From a bacterium (GTDB taxonomy: Bacteria; Patescibacteriota; Minisyncoccia; Phycocordibacterales; PALSA-1337): 64,000 nt of DNA. The translations under genes and the position numbers were made by a program. Below, piece after piece: positions 7,862-17,251 of the stretch. Below the pieces are notes generated by a model. The model made no database searches. It saw only the letters and a list, made by a program, of their open reading frames with translations, and was not told the origin of the DNA. Where the stretch lies: NCBI GenBank assembly GCA_025355565.1, contig JANXZK010000010.1, forward strand, positions 6,543-70,542. Reading direction: 5' to 3'. Every line of letters begins with the position of its first letter. Position 1 is the first letter of the stretch.

Positions 7862-9175
7862 TCAAAGCGCAGGCAAATATGACAATGGATTCAGATACGC
7901 TCTATAATCCGCCACAGGGATCGTCGCGCCTTTACAGTTCTTACTATTGTTGAACTTCTTGATCTCGACACCATCAGATGCGTAAACGCCAAAGTGCAGA
8001 TGAGGACCAGTAGAATAGCCTGTGTTGCCGCTATAGCCTATGATCTCTCCAGTCGTAATCTTGTCGCCGATCGTCACAGATCGGACTGAAAGGTGCCCGT
8101 ATAGTGTCGAGAGACCATTTCCATGCTTGATCATCAGCCATTGACCATATGAGTAACAACCTCGGACCAGATCAGTATTCGATGATCCGATGATCGTGCC
8201 TGACAGCGCAGCCTTGACTGGAGTACCTATCGAAGCGCGAAAATCGACTCCCGTGTGCCCTTTTCCATTATAGATTTGAGGATTGGCAGTAGCAAAGTCA
8301 GTGTTGCCGAAATACTGCGTTATCTTTACGGTCGAGAGCGGCCAGATCAGGACTCCGGAACCGGTACCAGGCAACTTTGAAGAGTCGACTATCAGCCTTA
8401 GCTGTGATTCATAGCTACTGAGTTCATCCTGGAAAGCCGCTTCTTCCATCTTCTTTCTGGCGAGAAGCGCCTTGTAAGAGCTCTCAGAATTTTTAGTTTC
8501 TCTGAGCAGAGAATTTTGCTCGGCAACCGTCGAAAGGACGACTTTTCTCTGGTCTGCTAGCTGTTGATTCAATGACAATAGATCGGCCTTGGCTTTCTCG
8601 CTGGCTGATCTGTTTACTTCAAGTCGGCTTTTGTCTTTGTTCAGTGTTGTGATCGTGTTAAAGACATTTTTCTGGACCAACGAGAGCTCATTCAAAGTGT
8701 TGAGAACGTCTGAGATCGATCTACTGCCAAGAATGATGTTGGTGATCGTCGAATTTCCCTCTCGGTCGAGTTGCATGAATGACTGGGTGATGATCCGCCG
8801 ATCTTCGCTGATGTTGCTCTGCTTGGTCACGATCTCTGATCCTAGTTGCTGGATCTCGAAGCTTTTTGTAGCTATCTTGTCCTGTGTTACGGTGATGTTC
8901 GCCTCGAGCTTCTTTTGGGTCAATTGCAACGACTTGATAGTCGATGAAAGCGAGTCCGCCTGGGTGCCTAGGTCGTCGATCTGTGATTGGTATTTCTTTA
9001 TCTCGACTTCGAGGTTTTTGATATCCAAGTTTCTCTGGTCGATCTTGGACTGGAGCTCATCGGCGGTTTGCGCCGCGACATTTTGAATAGTTGCGGATAT
9101 AAGGAATGAAGCATTAAGTATGAGCACGGCGATAGTTATCTTCAAAGCGTTTATGCCAAATACTTTATATTTCAT
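7862..9175 (-). CDS. Peptidase M23 with N-terminal coiled coil (CwlO/EnvC-like)
   Basis: Signal peptide, long coiled coil, and HTGVD, YGHL and STGPHLHF motifs. Confidence 0.9.
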   Translation of the reverse strand: MKYKVFGINALKITIAVLILNASFLISATIQNVAAQTADELQSKIDQRNLDIKNLEVEIKKYQSQIDDLGTQADSLSSTIKSLQLTQKKLEANITVTQDKIATKSFEIQQLGSEIVTKQSNISEDRRIITQSFMQLDREGNSTITNIILGSRSISDVLNTLNELSLVQKNVFNTITTLNKDKSRLEVNRSASEKAKADLLSLNQQLADQRKVVLSTVAEQNSLLRETKNSESSYKALLARKKMEEAAFQDELSSYESQLRLIVDSSKLPGTGSGVLIWPLSTVKITQYFGNTDFATANPQIYNGKGHTGVDFRASIGTPVKAALSGTIIGSSNTDLVRGCYSYGQWLMIKHGNGLSTLYGHLSVRSVTIGDKITTGEIIGYSGNTGYSTGPHLHFGVYASDGVEIKKFNNSKNCKGATIPVADYRAYLNPLSYLPAL

Positions 9176-9187
9176 ACTTAATACTGC

Positions 9188-10564
9188 CTAGGCAGCTGTT
9201 TGGAGCATCTCTATGGCCACATCTATCCTCTTCAGACTCTCTGCTTTTCCGAGTACGGAGGCGCAAGTGAATGGGTCTGGTGACTTTTCTTGGCCGGTTA
9301 GTGACATACGCAGCGGCCACAACACATCGCCTCGGCCATTTGCCTCGGCGTAAGGCCAGATAGCAGCTTTCAGATCTTCAGCGGTGAACGACTCCCCTAC
9401 CATTTCGTACAATATCCGACGGCATTCATCGAGATGTTTCCACGCCGCTTCCCTGCTGGGATTTTTCTTCCAGAAAAGTTGCGGAGTAGAATATTTTTGT
9501 ATCTCTCGAACAAATGCAAGCTCGCCTATTTTTCCATCGATCATCGTGACATCGAGCAGATCACGGATCTCACCAAAGCAGACTATTTTCTCTCTGAGTA
9601 GCGGCAAAAGCCTCGCAAATAGATCACTTTCGATTTTGAGCCAATCTGGCAGAAAAGGTTTGGCATATCCGATGAAATCACTATCTGATAATTTGGTTAT
9701 GTACTGTTTGTTGAACCAACGGAGCTTTTCTTCATCGAAAATCGCACCGCTTTTTTGAACACGATCAAGTGAGAATTGCTCGATGATCTGTGGCAATGTC
9801 AGAAGTTCCTGATCATCGGCAGGATGCCATCCGAGGAGCGCCATGTAGTTGACGATAGCTTCTGGTAGGAATCCTTTTTCGCGATATGAACTGATCGGCT
9901 GAGCGCCGTGTCTTTTGGACAATTTTGAACGATCTGATGCGAGAAGTAGCGGTATATGTGCAAACAATGGTATCGGTGCCCCTATCGCTTCGTAGATGAG
10001 GATTTGTCTAGGTGTATTTGATATATGGTCTTCACCACGGATGATGTGAGTCATACCCATTTCATAGTCATCGACGACATTAACGAGGTGAAACACCGGT
10101 TCTTCCATGCTCCTCGCAATGACGAAGTCTTTGAGATCTGTGGTGTCGAATTCTATTCGTCCTCTTATTAAATCCTCGAAGGCTACAATCTTGTTCGGGT
10201 TCTTGAAGCGGATCACTTCTGTTCTATCTCCTGGCTCTTTTGGCGTTTCTTTGGAGATATACGCATGACCGGAGTCGATCAATTGCTTGATATATTTTTT
10301 GTATATCTCCGTGCGTTCTGATTGCTTGTAATATTCGTCGTATGATAGACCCATCCATTTCAAGCTATCGATGATGTTATCCTCATATTCTTTCTTTGAT
10401 CTTTCTTTGTCGGTATCTTCTATGCGAAGGATAAATTTGCCCTTCTTTTGTCTGGCAAATATATATGCAAATAGCGCCGTTCTATAGCTGCCGGCATGGA
10501 AAAGGCCTGTCGGTGAAGGCGCAAAGCGGGTTATGATGGGATTTGTCTGTCCTTGAGTATTCAT
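9188..10564 (-). CDS. gltX: Glutamate--tRNA ligase
   Basis: TRFAPSPTG, LRIEDTD, IRGEDH and KLSKR motifs. Confidence 0.97.
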   Translation of the reverse strand: MNTQGQTNPIITRFAPSPTGLFHAGSYRTALFAYIFARQKKGKFILRIEDTDKERSKKEYEDNIIDSLKWMGLSYDEYYKQSERTEIYKKYIKQLIDSGHAYISKETPKEPGDRTEVIRFKNPNKIVAFEDLIRGRIEFDTTDLKDFVIARSMEEPVFHLVNVVDDYEMGMTHIIRGEDHISNTPRQILIYEAIGAPIPLFAHIPLLLASDRSKLSKRHGAQPISSYREKGFLPEAIVNYMALLGWHPADDQELLTLPQIIEQFSLDRVQKSGAIFDEEKLRWFNKQYITKLSDSDFIGYAKPFLPDWLKIESDLFARLLPLLREKIVCFGEIRDLLDVTMIDGKIGELAFVREIQKYSTPQLFWKKNPSREAAWKHLDECRRILYEMVGESFTAEDLKAAIWPYAEANGRGDVLWPLRMSLTGQEKSPDPFTCASVLGKAESLKRIDVAIEMLQTAA

Positions 10565-10631
10565 AATAATAGTATAGCAGAAAAGCGCAGTTTTGCCTGC
10601 GCCTTCTGTTTACTGATTACAGTTTACTGCT

Positions 10632-11138
10632 CTACCCTTTTAGATTGATATCAGCTGTTGCAGAAGCGTGGAATATCTTCATGATGATATTGCCGTTTGC
10701 GTCTTTCAGAGGAACATCTGTAACGACGTTAAATGTCGGCTTACCATCATCAGTGTAGATGACTGCGTAATATGTGCCACCTTCAACTGTTGGTTTGGTC
10801 AATGTAACCTTGCCTGGATTGATACCCTTAGCGAAATGTAGAGAACCGAGGATCGCTCCTGGTTGTCCGCCGTTATCAGCTTGGATGACGACCCATGATG
10901 GGTTCTCAACCTGTACTGATGATAGGTAGACGACGTTGCCCGGGTATTGATCTGACATGACGATGCGGTTCAGAGCCGGTGTACCAGTCTGATCGGTGAC
11001 TGGATTCTGATCAGAGAGGTCTGTTGTGCCAGACTTGCTTCCGCCGAATACTAGTATACCGATAACTATAAGGGCGACGATGACGATGACTGTTACTACC
11101 CATTGCCATGTTTTAACGCCTGATGATTGTGGTTCCAT
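10632..11138 (-). CDS. Hypothetical membrane-anchored beta-sandwich protein
   Basis: N-terminal TM helix; WVVI.AD.GG.PG.ILG and YYAVIY.DDG motifs. Confidence 0.7.
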   Translation of the reverse strand: MEPQSSGVKTWQWVVTVIVIVALIVIGILVFGGSKSGTTDLSDQNPVTDQTGTPALNRIVMSDQYPGNVVYLSSVQVENPSWVVIQADNGGQPGAILGSLHFAKGINPGKVTLTKPTVEGGTYYAVIYTDDGKPTFNVVTDVPLKDANGNIIMKIFHASATADINLKG

Positions 11139-11263
11139 GTGTTTAATAATGATGATTAAGGTTGCTAATGTCGACTTGTTTTTAGACTATTAGTATAACA
11201 CATAAATGGTGTCGGATTGCAATAGTCTCCAAAATAGTCTCTCAAATAGCCAGTGATCACAGG

Positions 11264-12397
11264 CTATCTCTCATGCTGGAGAGCCATATTCAAGATCGCG
11301 TCAGCTATCACGTTAGCGCTATCGGTCCTGGCGAAGGCCTTGGCTTGGATCTTCATGGTTTCCTTGATCTTTGGCGAATTGTAGATGCGGTCGATCTCTT
11401 CTATGAGGATATGCGAGCTCAGATTGTTCTCCTCGATCGCCGACGCGGCACCAGATTCTGCATATGCGAAAGCGTTAGCAGTTTGATCATGACTCACGCT
11501 ATTCGGCAATGGGATGATGATCGATGGTATGCCCCATGCGGCGATCTCGAATATCGTCGAACCAGCACGGGAAACGATGATATCGGCGACGCCGGCAGAC
11601 ATACGCAAGGCGAGCTCATTCAAATAGTCAAATGGATGATAGCGATATCCGTAAGGGTGGTCTTTCAAGATGACTTTTGAGGTGGATACGATCTCCTCTA
11701 GGTTGTTCTTCCCTGTCTGGTGGATGATCTGATATCTATTTAAAAGTTCTGGTAACCCCTCGATGATACAGTCATTGATATTCTGTGAGCCTTGCGAGCC
11801 GCCCAAGATCAAGATGACTGGTGTTTTTTCCTCCAAATTCAAGAACTCATGCGCGCCATTTGTTAGTGGTATGACGATCTCACGTCTGATCGGATTGCCG
11901 GTAAGGGCGACACGATCTCCATGTTTGGTAAAATAATGAGCCGCGTCAGGATATGAGACGGCGATCTTCTTGGCAAATTTACCTGCCCAGCTACTCACCA
12001 TTCCTGGTTTGCTGTCTGATTCGTGGATGATGACTGGGATCTTCAGGATCCTGGCGGCGAACAATGCCGGGAAGCTGGCAAAGCCGCCTTTGGCGAATAC
12101 GACATCTGGAAAAATGGAATACATCTTGGAAATAGCCATCACACATCCTGTAGCAGTCTTGAATAGGTCAGTGACATTCAATATGGAAAAATAGCGACGT
12201 ATTTTCCCGGCCGGTACTTGGATGAATTCGAGCTCGTTGTCGAAAAGTGCCCGTGCGTTGTATTTGCTCGGTGCCATGTAGTACAGAGTTGGTGGTATGA
12301 TCTTGCGTTCTTTGCACCTCTCGCGGATAGCTTCTGCTACAGCCATGAGTGGATAGAAGTGTCCGCCTGTTCCGCCGCCTGCAAATAGGATTTTCAT
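11264..12397 (-). CDS. murG: MurG glycosyltransferase
   Basis: GGGTGGH, HESD, TGNPIR, GGSQGS, SRAG and HDQ..NA motifs. Confidence 0.96.
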   Translation of the reverse strand: MKILFAGGGTGGHFYPLMAVAEAIRERCKERKIIPPTLYYMAPSKYNARALFDNELEFIQVPAGKIRRYFSILNVTDLFKTATGCVMAISKMYSIFPDVVFAKGGFASFPALFAARILKIPVIIHESDSKPGMVSSWAGKFAKKIAVSYPDAAHYFTKHGDRVALTGNPIRREIVIPLTNGAHEFLNLEEKTPVILILGGSQGSQNINDCIIEGLPELLNRYQIIHQTGKNNLEEIVSTSKVILKDHPYGYRYHPFDYLNELALRMSAGVADIIVSRAGSTIFEIAAWGIPSIIIPLPNSVSHDQTANAFAYAESGAASAIEENNLSSHILIEEIDRIYNSPKIKETMKIQAKAFARTDSANVIADAILNMALQHER

Positions 12398-12442
12398 AGT
12401 AGTTTAATCATAGCAACAAATGCTAAACAGTTAAAGCCCGGT

Positions 12443-12501
12443 CCGGTAAGATTGACGTCCTCGGACGTGCTCCGAGGACGGGTAGCCAGCGATCTTACTG
12501 G
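12443..12501. repeat. REP-like intergenic palindrome
   Basis: CCGGTAAGATTG...CGATCTTACTGG enclosing CGTCCTCGGA-cgtgc-TCCGAGGACG. Confidence 0.65.
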
Positions 12502-12505
12502 CATA

Positions 12506-15025
12506 TTAACTAGTTACAATGCTCACCAATCTATTCGGAACAACGACTATCTTCTTTATCGTTTTGCCATCAAGCCACTTTTGAATATCTGGTAAAGCCG
12601 TCGCTGTCTGCTCCAATCGGTCCTGCGGTGAGTCGTTTGGAGCCATAAATCGTCCGCGCATCTTGCCATTTACCTGCACCATGATACGGACATCGTCATC
12701 TACAATTATCATAGGATCATATGCAGGCCAAGCAGAGATGTGAATGGATTTCTTATTTCCAAGTAGATTCCAAAGCTCATCAGTTATGTGAGGTGCAAAC
12801 GGCGCGAGGATCCTGAGGAATAGCTCGAATTGTTCTTTCGTTATCGCTTCGGCATCGTCTATCTCATTGACAGCTATCATCAGTGAGCTTATGGCTGTGT
12901 TGAATTTCAGTCCTTGAATGTCTTCAGTGACTTTCTTGATGGTTTTGTGAAGTGTCTTTAGCAAAGTAACTTCTGTGTCAGTTACTTTGCTAAGAAGTTT
13001 CCAAACTTTCTCAATGAACCTCCTTGCGCCGACCATACTATCGGTGCTCCATGAGATTTGCTGATCGAATGGGCCCATGAACATCTCATAAATGCGCAAA
13101 GTATCCGCGCCAAATCTGGCAACGATCTCGTCTGGATTCACGACGTTACCAAACCTCTTGGACATCTTGCGGCCATCCTCACCCATAATGAGACCTACGC
13201 TTTGCAGTTTGATGAATGGTTCAATAGTCGAGACGACGCCAATGTCGTATAGGAATTTGTGCCAGAAACGTGCATAGATGAGATGTCGTGTCGCATGTTC
13301 AGCTCCGCCAATATATAGATCGACCGATGACCAATATTTCTCTTTCTTTGGATCGACGAGTGCCCGTTTGTTCTTTGGATCCATGTAGCGTAAGTAATAC
13401 CACGAAGAACCTGCCCATTGTGGCATCGTATTCGTCTCGCGCTTGGCTTTGCCTTTACATTTAGGACACTTTACATTGACCCATTTTGCGATCGCCGCCA
13501 AAGGAGATTCTCCGGTTCCTGTTGGCTCGTAGGATTTTACTCTCGGTAATTTTACGGGTAGATCCTTTTCAGGAACTGGCACAGTGCCACATTTTTCGCA
13601 ATGGATGACTGGTATAGGCTCACCCCAATATCTCTGGCGGGAAAATACCCAGTCGCGTAGCTTGTATTTCGTCACCCATTTGCCGCCAACGGATTCAGTG
13701 ATCTCTTTTTTGACTGAGTTTGATTCACGTCCGTCGAATTTGTCGGAGCCGATCAAGAATCCGTCACCTGTAAATGAATACTTCGATTCGTCTGATAGAC
13801 CTTTCCTTTCTGGCGCAATGACATGTTTTATAGGTAATCCGAACTTTTTTGCGAATTCCCAATCTCTCTCATCGTGCGCGGGAACCGCCATGACGGCACC
13901 TGTCCCATAGTCAGCCAATACATAATCTGATATCCAGACAGGAACTTCTTCGTTATTGGCGGGATTCACGGCTCGGATTCCTTTCAATTCCACACCAGTT
14001 TTTTCTTTTTTGACGTCTGTTCTCTCGATCTCTGTTTCCAGCTTTGACGAAGCGATGTAGTCGGTCACTTCCTTCTTGTTGCTGACATGCGTCAAGAGCT
14101 CCGCAACCCATTTGTGTTCCGGTGCAATGACGACATATGTGACGCCAAATAATGTGTCAGGTCTGGTGGTGAAGACTTCGATATCTTTTAAATGTTTGGC
14201 GTTTGGCGTTTGGTTATTAATGGTCGGAAACTTGATTAGTGCCCCCTCGCTTCTCCCTATCCAATTCCTCTGCGCTTCCTTGATGGATTCTGGCCAATCG
14301 AGGAGAGGCATCTGATAATCAGCGGCATCCAGATCCGAGAGTAATCTATCGGCATAATCTGTGATCTTCAAAACCCACTGCTTCATCGATTTTTTCTCAA
14401 CTAGCGCGCCACATCTCTCACAGCGGCCGTTTTCTATGTCTTCATTGGCAAGACCTGTCTTGTCTACCGGGCACCAATTGATCGGTTCATATGATTCGAA
14501 AGCCAGACCTCTCTCAAGTAATTGCAAGAATATCCATTGTGTCCATTTGTAATATGCCGGGTCAGTTGTATTGATCTCGCGCGACCAATCATAGTCGAGT
14601 CCTATTATTTCTAATTGCTTCTTGAACCGCGAGACATTTTTCGTGACCGCATCAGCCGGATTCACTTTCATCTTGATAGCATAGTTCTCTGCTGGCAGGC
14701 CGAATGCATCGAAGCCCATCGGATGTAGGACCGAGTGACCCTGCATTCTCTTCATGCGGGAAACGACATCGGTGGCTATGTAACCTTTCGGATGTCCGAC
14801 ATGGAGACCTTCACCTGATGGGTATGGAAACATATCGAGAACATAGTATTTGTCACGACCCGTATTTTTGCCTTTTTGTGCGTTCTTGTAGGTTGATTTC
14901 GCTGATTCCCGTGATTTGTATATTTTCGAGGATGCCCACTTCTTTTGCCACTTCTTTTCCAGAATCAAATGGTTGTATGGTTGTGCAGGTTTTGTCTGTT
15001 TGACTATGTTTGCGTCATTTTTCAT
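12506..15025 (-). CDS. leuS: Leucine--tRNA ligase
   Basis: MFPYPSG.GLHVGH, FTTRPDT editing domain, SRQRYWG and KMSK motifs. Confidence 0.98.
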   Translation of the reverse strand: MKNDANIVKQTKPAQPYNHLILEKKWQKKWASSKIYKSRESAKSTYKNAQKGKNTGRDKYYVLDMFPYPSGEGLHVGHPKGYIATDVVSRMKRMQGHSVLHPMGFDAFGLPAENYAIKMKVNPADAVTKNVSRFKKQLEIIGLDYDWSREINTTDPAYYKWTQWIFLQLLERGLAFESYEPINWCPVDKTGLANEDIENGRCERCGALVEKKSMKQWVLKITDYADRLLSDLDAADYQMPLLDWPESIKEAQRNWIGRSEGALIKFPTINNQTPNAKHLKDIEVFTTRPDTLFGVTYVVIAPEHKWVAELLTHVSNKKEVTDYIASSKLETEIERTDVKKEKTGVELKGIRAVNPANNEEVPVWISDYVLADYGTGAVMAVPAHDERDWEFAKKFGLPIKHVIAPERKGLSDESKYSFTGDGFLIGSDKFDGRESNSVKKEITESVGGKWVTKYKLRDWVFSRQRYWGEPIPVIHCEKCGTVPVPEKDLPVKLPRVKSYEPTGTGESPLAAIAKWVNVKCPKCKGKAKRETNTMPQWAGSSWYYLRYMDPKNKRALVDPKKEKYWSSVDLYIGGAEHATRHLIYARFWHKFLYDIGVVSTIEPFIKLQSVGLIMGEDGRKMSKRFGNVVNPDEIVARFGADTLRIYEMFMGPFDQQISWSTDSMVGARRFIEKVWKLLSKVTDTEVTLLKTLHKTIKKVTEDIQGLKFNTAISSLMIAVNEIDDAEAITKEQFELFLRILAPFAPHITDELWNLLGNKKSIHISAWPAYDPMIIVDDDVRIMVQVNGKMRGRFMAPNDSPQDRLEQTATALPDIQKWLDGKTIKKIVVVPNRLVSIVTS

Positions 15026-15059
15026 ACGTTGAATGATAACGCAGAAAGGTTAAATATAC

Positions 15060-15092
15060 AAAAAAAGCCGGCCCCATCGAAGGTGCCGGTGC
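15060..15092 (-). terminator. Intrinsic terminator
   Basis: Minus-strand stem CCGGC...GCCGG followed by a T-run. Confidence 0.65.
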
Positions 15093-15121
15093 TCGGTGTT
15101 GACGCGTTCAGTGACTGGTGG

Positions 15122-15352
15122 TTAGCTCAGTGGATGATCTATGACCACGCACCTTATCAAGAAGATGCACCAGCCGATGATCGATATAATGAGCAAAATA
15201 TCAAAGATGTGCCGGCTTCCCGGCATCGCATCTATATTCGGGTGTGCTGAGATGTGATTCGCGTAATCACTGAGGAAGTGGAATTTGACTCCTCCTCCGT
15301 CATCAAACCCGTCTCGAAACCGACGTTCTCTACGTGTGTGCCTATATGACAT
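15122..15352 (-). CDS. Hypothetical small membrane protein
   Basis: TTGCAC-N17-TATGAT promoter upstream (about 15401-15429), terminator downstream, C-terminal hydrophobic helix. Confidence 0.5.
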   Translation of the reverse strand: MSYRHTRRERRFRDGFDDGGGVKFHFLSDYANHISAHPNIDAMPGSRHIFDILLIISIIGWCIFLIRCVVIDHPLS

Positions 15353-15532
15353 GTTCAACACTCACTTTCTTTGGTTAAATTTTCATTGGACTTCTTACAT
15401 ATCATACAATGATCTGTTTAATAGTGCAAGGGAAGCGCATTCTCCAATCTATGCTACAATAGTCCTGAAAGGAGAACTTTTATGGATGGCAACTAACTTA
15501 TTGGCACTCTAAATGGGCGCATTTTCTTTTTC

Positions 15533-16696
15533 CTAAACCTTAAACTCTATCACTTCCCCATCCTTGACCACATACTCCTTACCTTCGGTGCGCAGGAGAC
15601 CTTTTTCTCGAGCCGCGGCATAGGAGCCAGCCGCCAATAACTTGTCCCATTCGATGATCTCCGCACGAACGAATTTGTCCTTGAAATCAGTGTGGATAGC
15701 CGTGCCAGCTTCTGGTGCTGTCCAGCCTTTTTGTATCGTCCAAGCTCTCGTTTCGTCAGTACCAGTAGTAAAGTATGTAATCAATCCGAGCAAACTGTAG
15801 CCCATCTTTATAAGCTCATTCACACCGTCATTGTGTACGATTTTTTTATCGCTTGAATTGATAATAGTGGAGTTTTGCGTGCCCACCGAATCATTCAACA
15901 TATCTCGCATCTCCATTTTTTCCAGCTCGTCGAGATCCTTGAGCTCTTGTTCTATTCCAGCATCGACGATAACATGTTTTGCTCCGGTATCAGCAAAGAA
16001 TTTATGCAACCTTTCCCAACGAGGATCCATCTCGCCACCCATCGGCTCGTCCAGATTCTTCGCGCCAGCTTTCTTGTTGAGTACATACAGGAATGGTTTT
16101 GCCGTGATGAGACAGAGCATGCGAAGGAATGGCTGTTCATATTCATCCGCTATGATAGTTGAGGCCACCTTCCCCGCTTCCAATGTTTTGAGGAGTTTTT
16201 CGATCAATCCATGTTCGATGACGGCTTCCTTCTTACCCGCCTTGAATTCTTTACCGATAGATATTTTGCGCTTGGAAACGGTTTGGAGATCGGCAAGTAC
16301 TAGCTCTAGATTGATCACCTCGATGTCTTTCAATGGATCTATGGTCCCGTCAACATGGATCACGTTGTCATCTTCGAATATACGCACGACTTCCGCGATC
16401 GCATCTGTTTCGCGTATATGTGAGAGGAATTGGTTGCCGAGTCCCTCACCTTCTGAGGCACCTTTTACCAGACCGGCGATATCGGTAAATTGGACAGCGG
16501 CCGGCACGGTTTTGGCGGATTTTGAAAAGTCTGTAAGTTTTTGCAGGCGTTCATCTGGTACGGCAACTACTCCAACTGACGGGTCGATGGTACAGAATGG
16601 ATAGTTCTCTGCCGGGACTGATTTCTTTGTGAGTGCGTTAAAAAGCGTTGATTTACCAACGTTCGGAAGTCCAACGATACCGATGGATAGAGACAT
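15533..16696 (-). CDS. ychF: Redox-regulated ATPase YchF
   Basis: GLPNVGKST, NYPFCTI, DIAGLV and the TGS domain ending EGKEYVVKDG. Confidence 0.97.
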   Translation of the reverse strand: MSLSIGIVGLPNVGKSTLFNALTKKSVPAENYPFCTIDPSVGVVAVPDERLQKLTDFSKSAKTVPAAVQFTDIAGLVKGASEGEGLGNQFLSHIRETDAIAEVVRIFEDDNVIHVDGTIDPLKDIEVINLELVLADLQTVSKRKISIGKEFKAGKKEAVIEHGLIEKLLKTLEAGKVASTIIADEYEQPFLRMLCLITAKPFLYVLNKKAGAKNLDEPMGGEMDPRWERLHKFFADTGAKHVIVDAGIEQELKDLDELEKMEMRDMLNDSVGTQNSTIINSSDKKIVHNDGVNELIKMGYSLLGLITYFTTGTDETRAWTIQKGWTAPEAGTAIHTDFKDKFVRAEIIEWDKLLAAGSYAAAREKGLLRTEGKEYVVKDGEVIEFKV

Positions 16697-16833
16697 GAAA
16701 GAAGTATGTCATCATTTGGCACTTTCATCAAATGATATGACATATTTTCCATTTTATGCTAATTTTACCGCAAGTCAGTTCTTTGAGGCAATTAATGCAC
16801 TTTGCTTCATTAACATAGTTTGAGAGGAATATT

Positions 16834-17127
16834 ATGAATACTATTATTGCGGTTACCTCGATCACCTTCGGAGTTACGATCATCGTCTACGCGCTGGTTG
16901 GCGAGCTCTTGACCATCGGTGAGTGTCAGAGAACCACTAAACGGTTGTTGCGTATCAGTTTATGGCTGATGTTGATCGGCGGTGGCATGTTGAGCCATAC
17001 TATCGTCATCCTTATCTGTTGCTACATCGGCTGGTGGATTGGTTGGCGGAGTGGTAGTAGGTTCTACCACTGGATGCTAAAGAGGATCTGGCTACCAGCT
17101 GGCGACGTTGCCCCATTCAAACGGTGA
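16834..17127 (+). CDS. Hypothetical membrane protein
   Basis: GAGAGG SD, hydrophobic segments, terminator at 17189-17216. Confidence 0.6.
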   Translation: MNTIIAVTSITFGVTIIVYALVGELLTIGECQRTTKRLLRISLWLMLIGGGMLSHTIVILICCYIGWWIGWRSGSRFYHWMLKRIWLPAGDVAPFKR

Positions 17128-17188
17128 TAGTCTATGAAAGGGATGAATGTCGCAGTCAGTGGTTTGATAGATCGTGGCGCGAATCATT

Positions 17189-17216
17189 GCGGCATCCAAG
17201 AGGGTGCTGCTTTTTT
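17189..17216 (+). terminator. Intrinsic terminator
   Basis: GCGGCATCC-aaga-GGGTGCTGC-TTTTTT. Confidence 0.75.
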
Positions 17217-17251
17217 ATTGCAAAAATTTTGCGCAGAAAAAAAGACCGAGA

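Noticed and set aside
15831-16604. Long antisense ORFs (also 56807-57574, 8589-9086, 23730-24251, 58796-59314 and others)
   Set aside because: These are shadow or alternative frames of well-supported genes, with no protein-like features.
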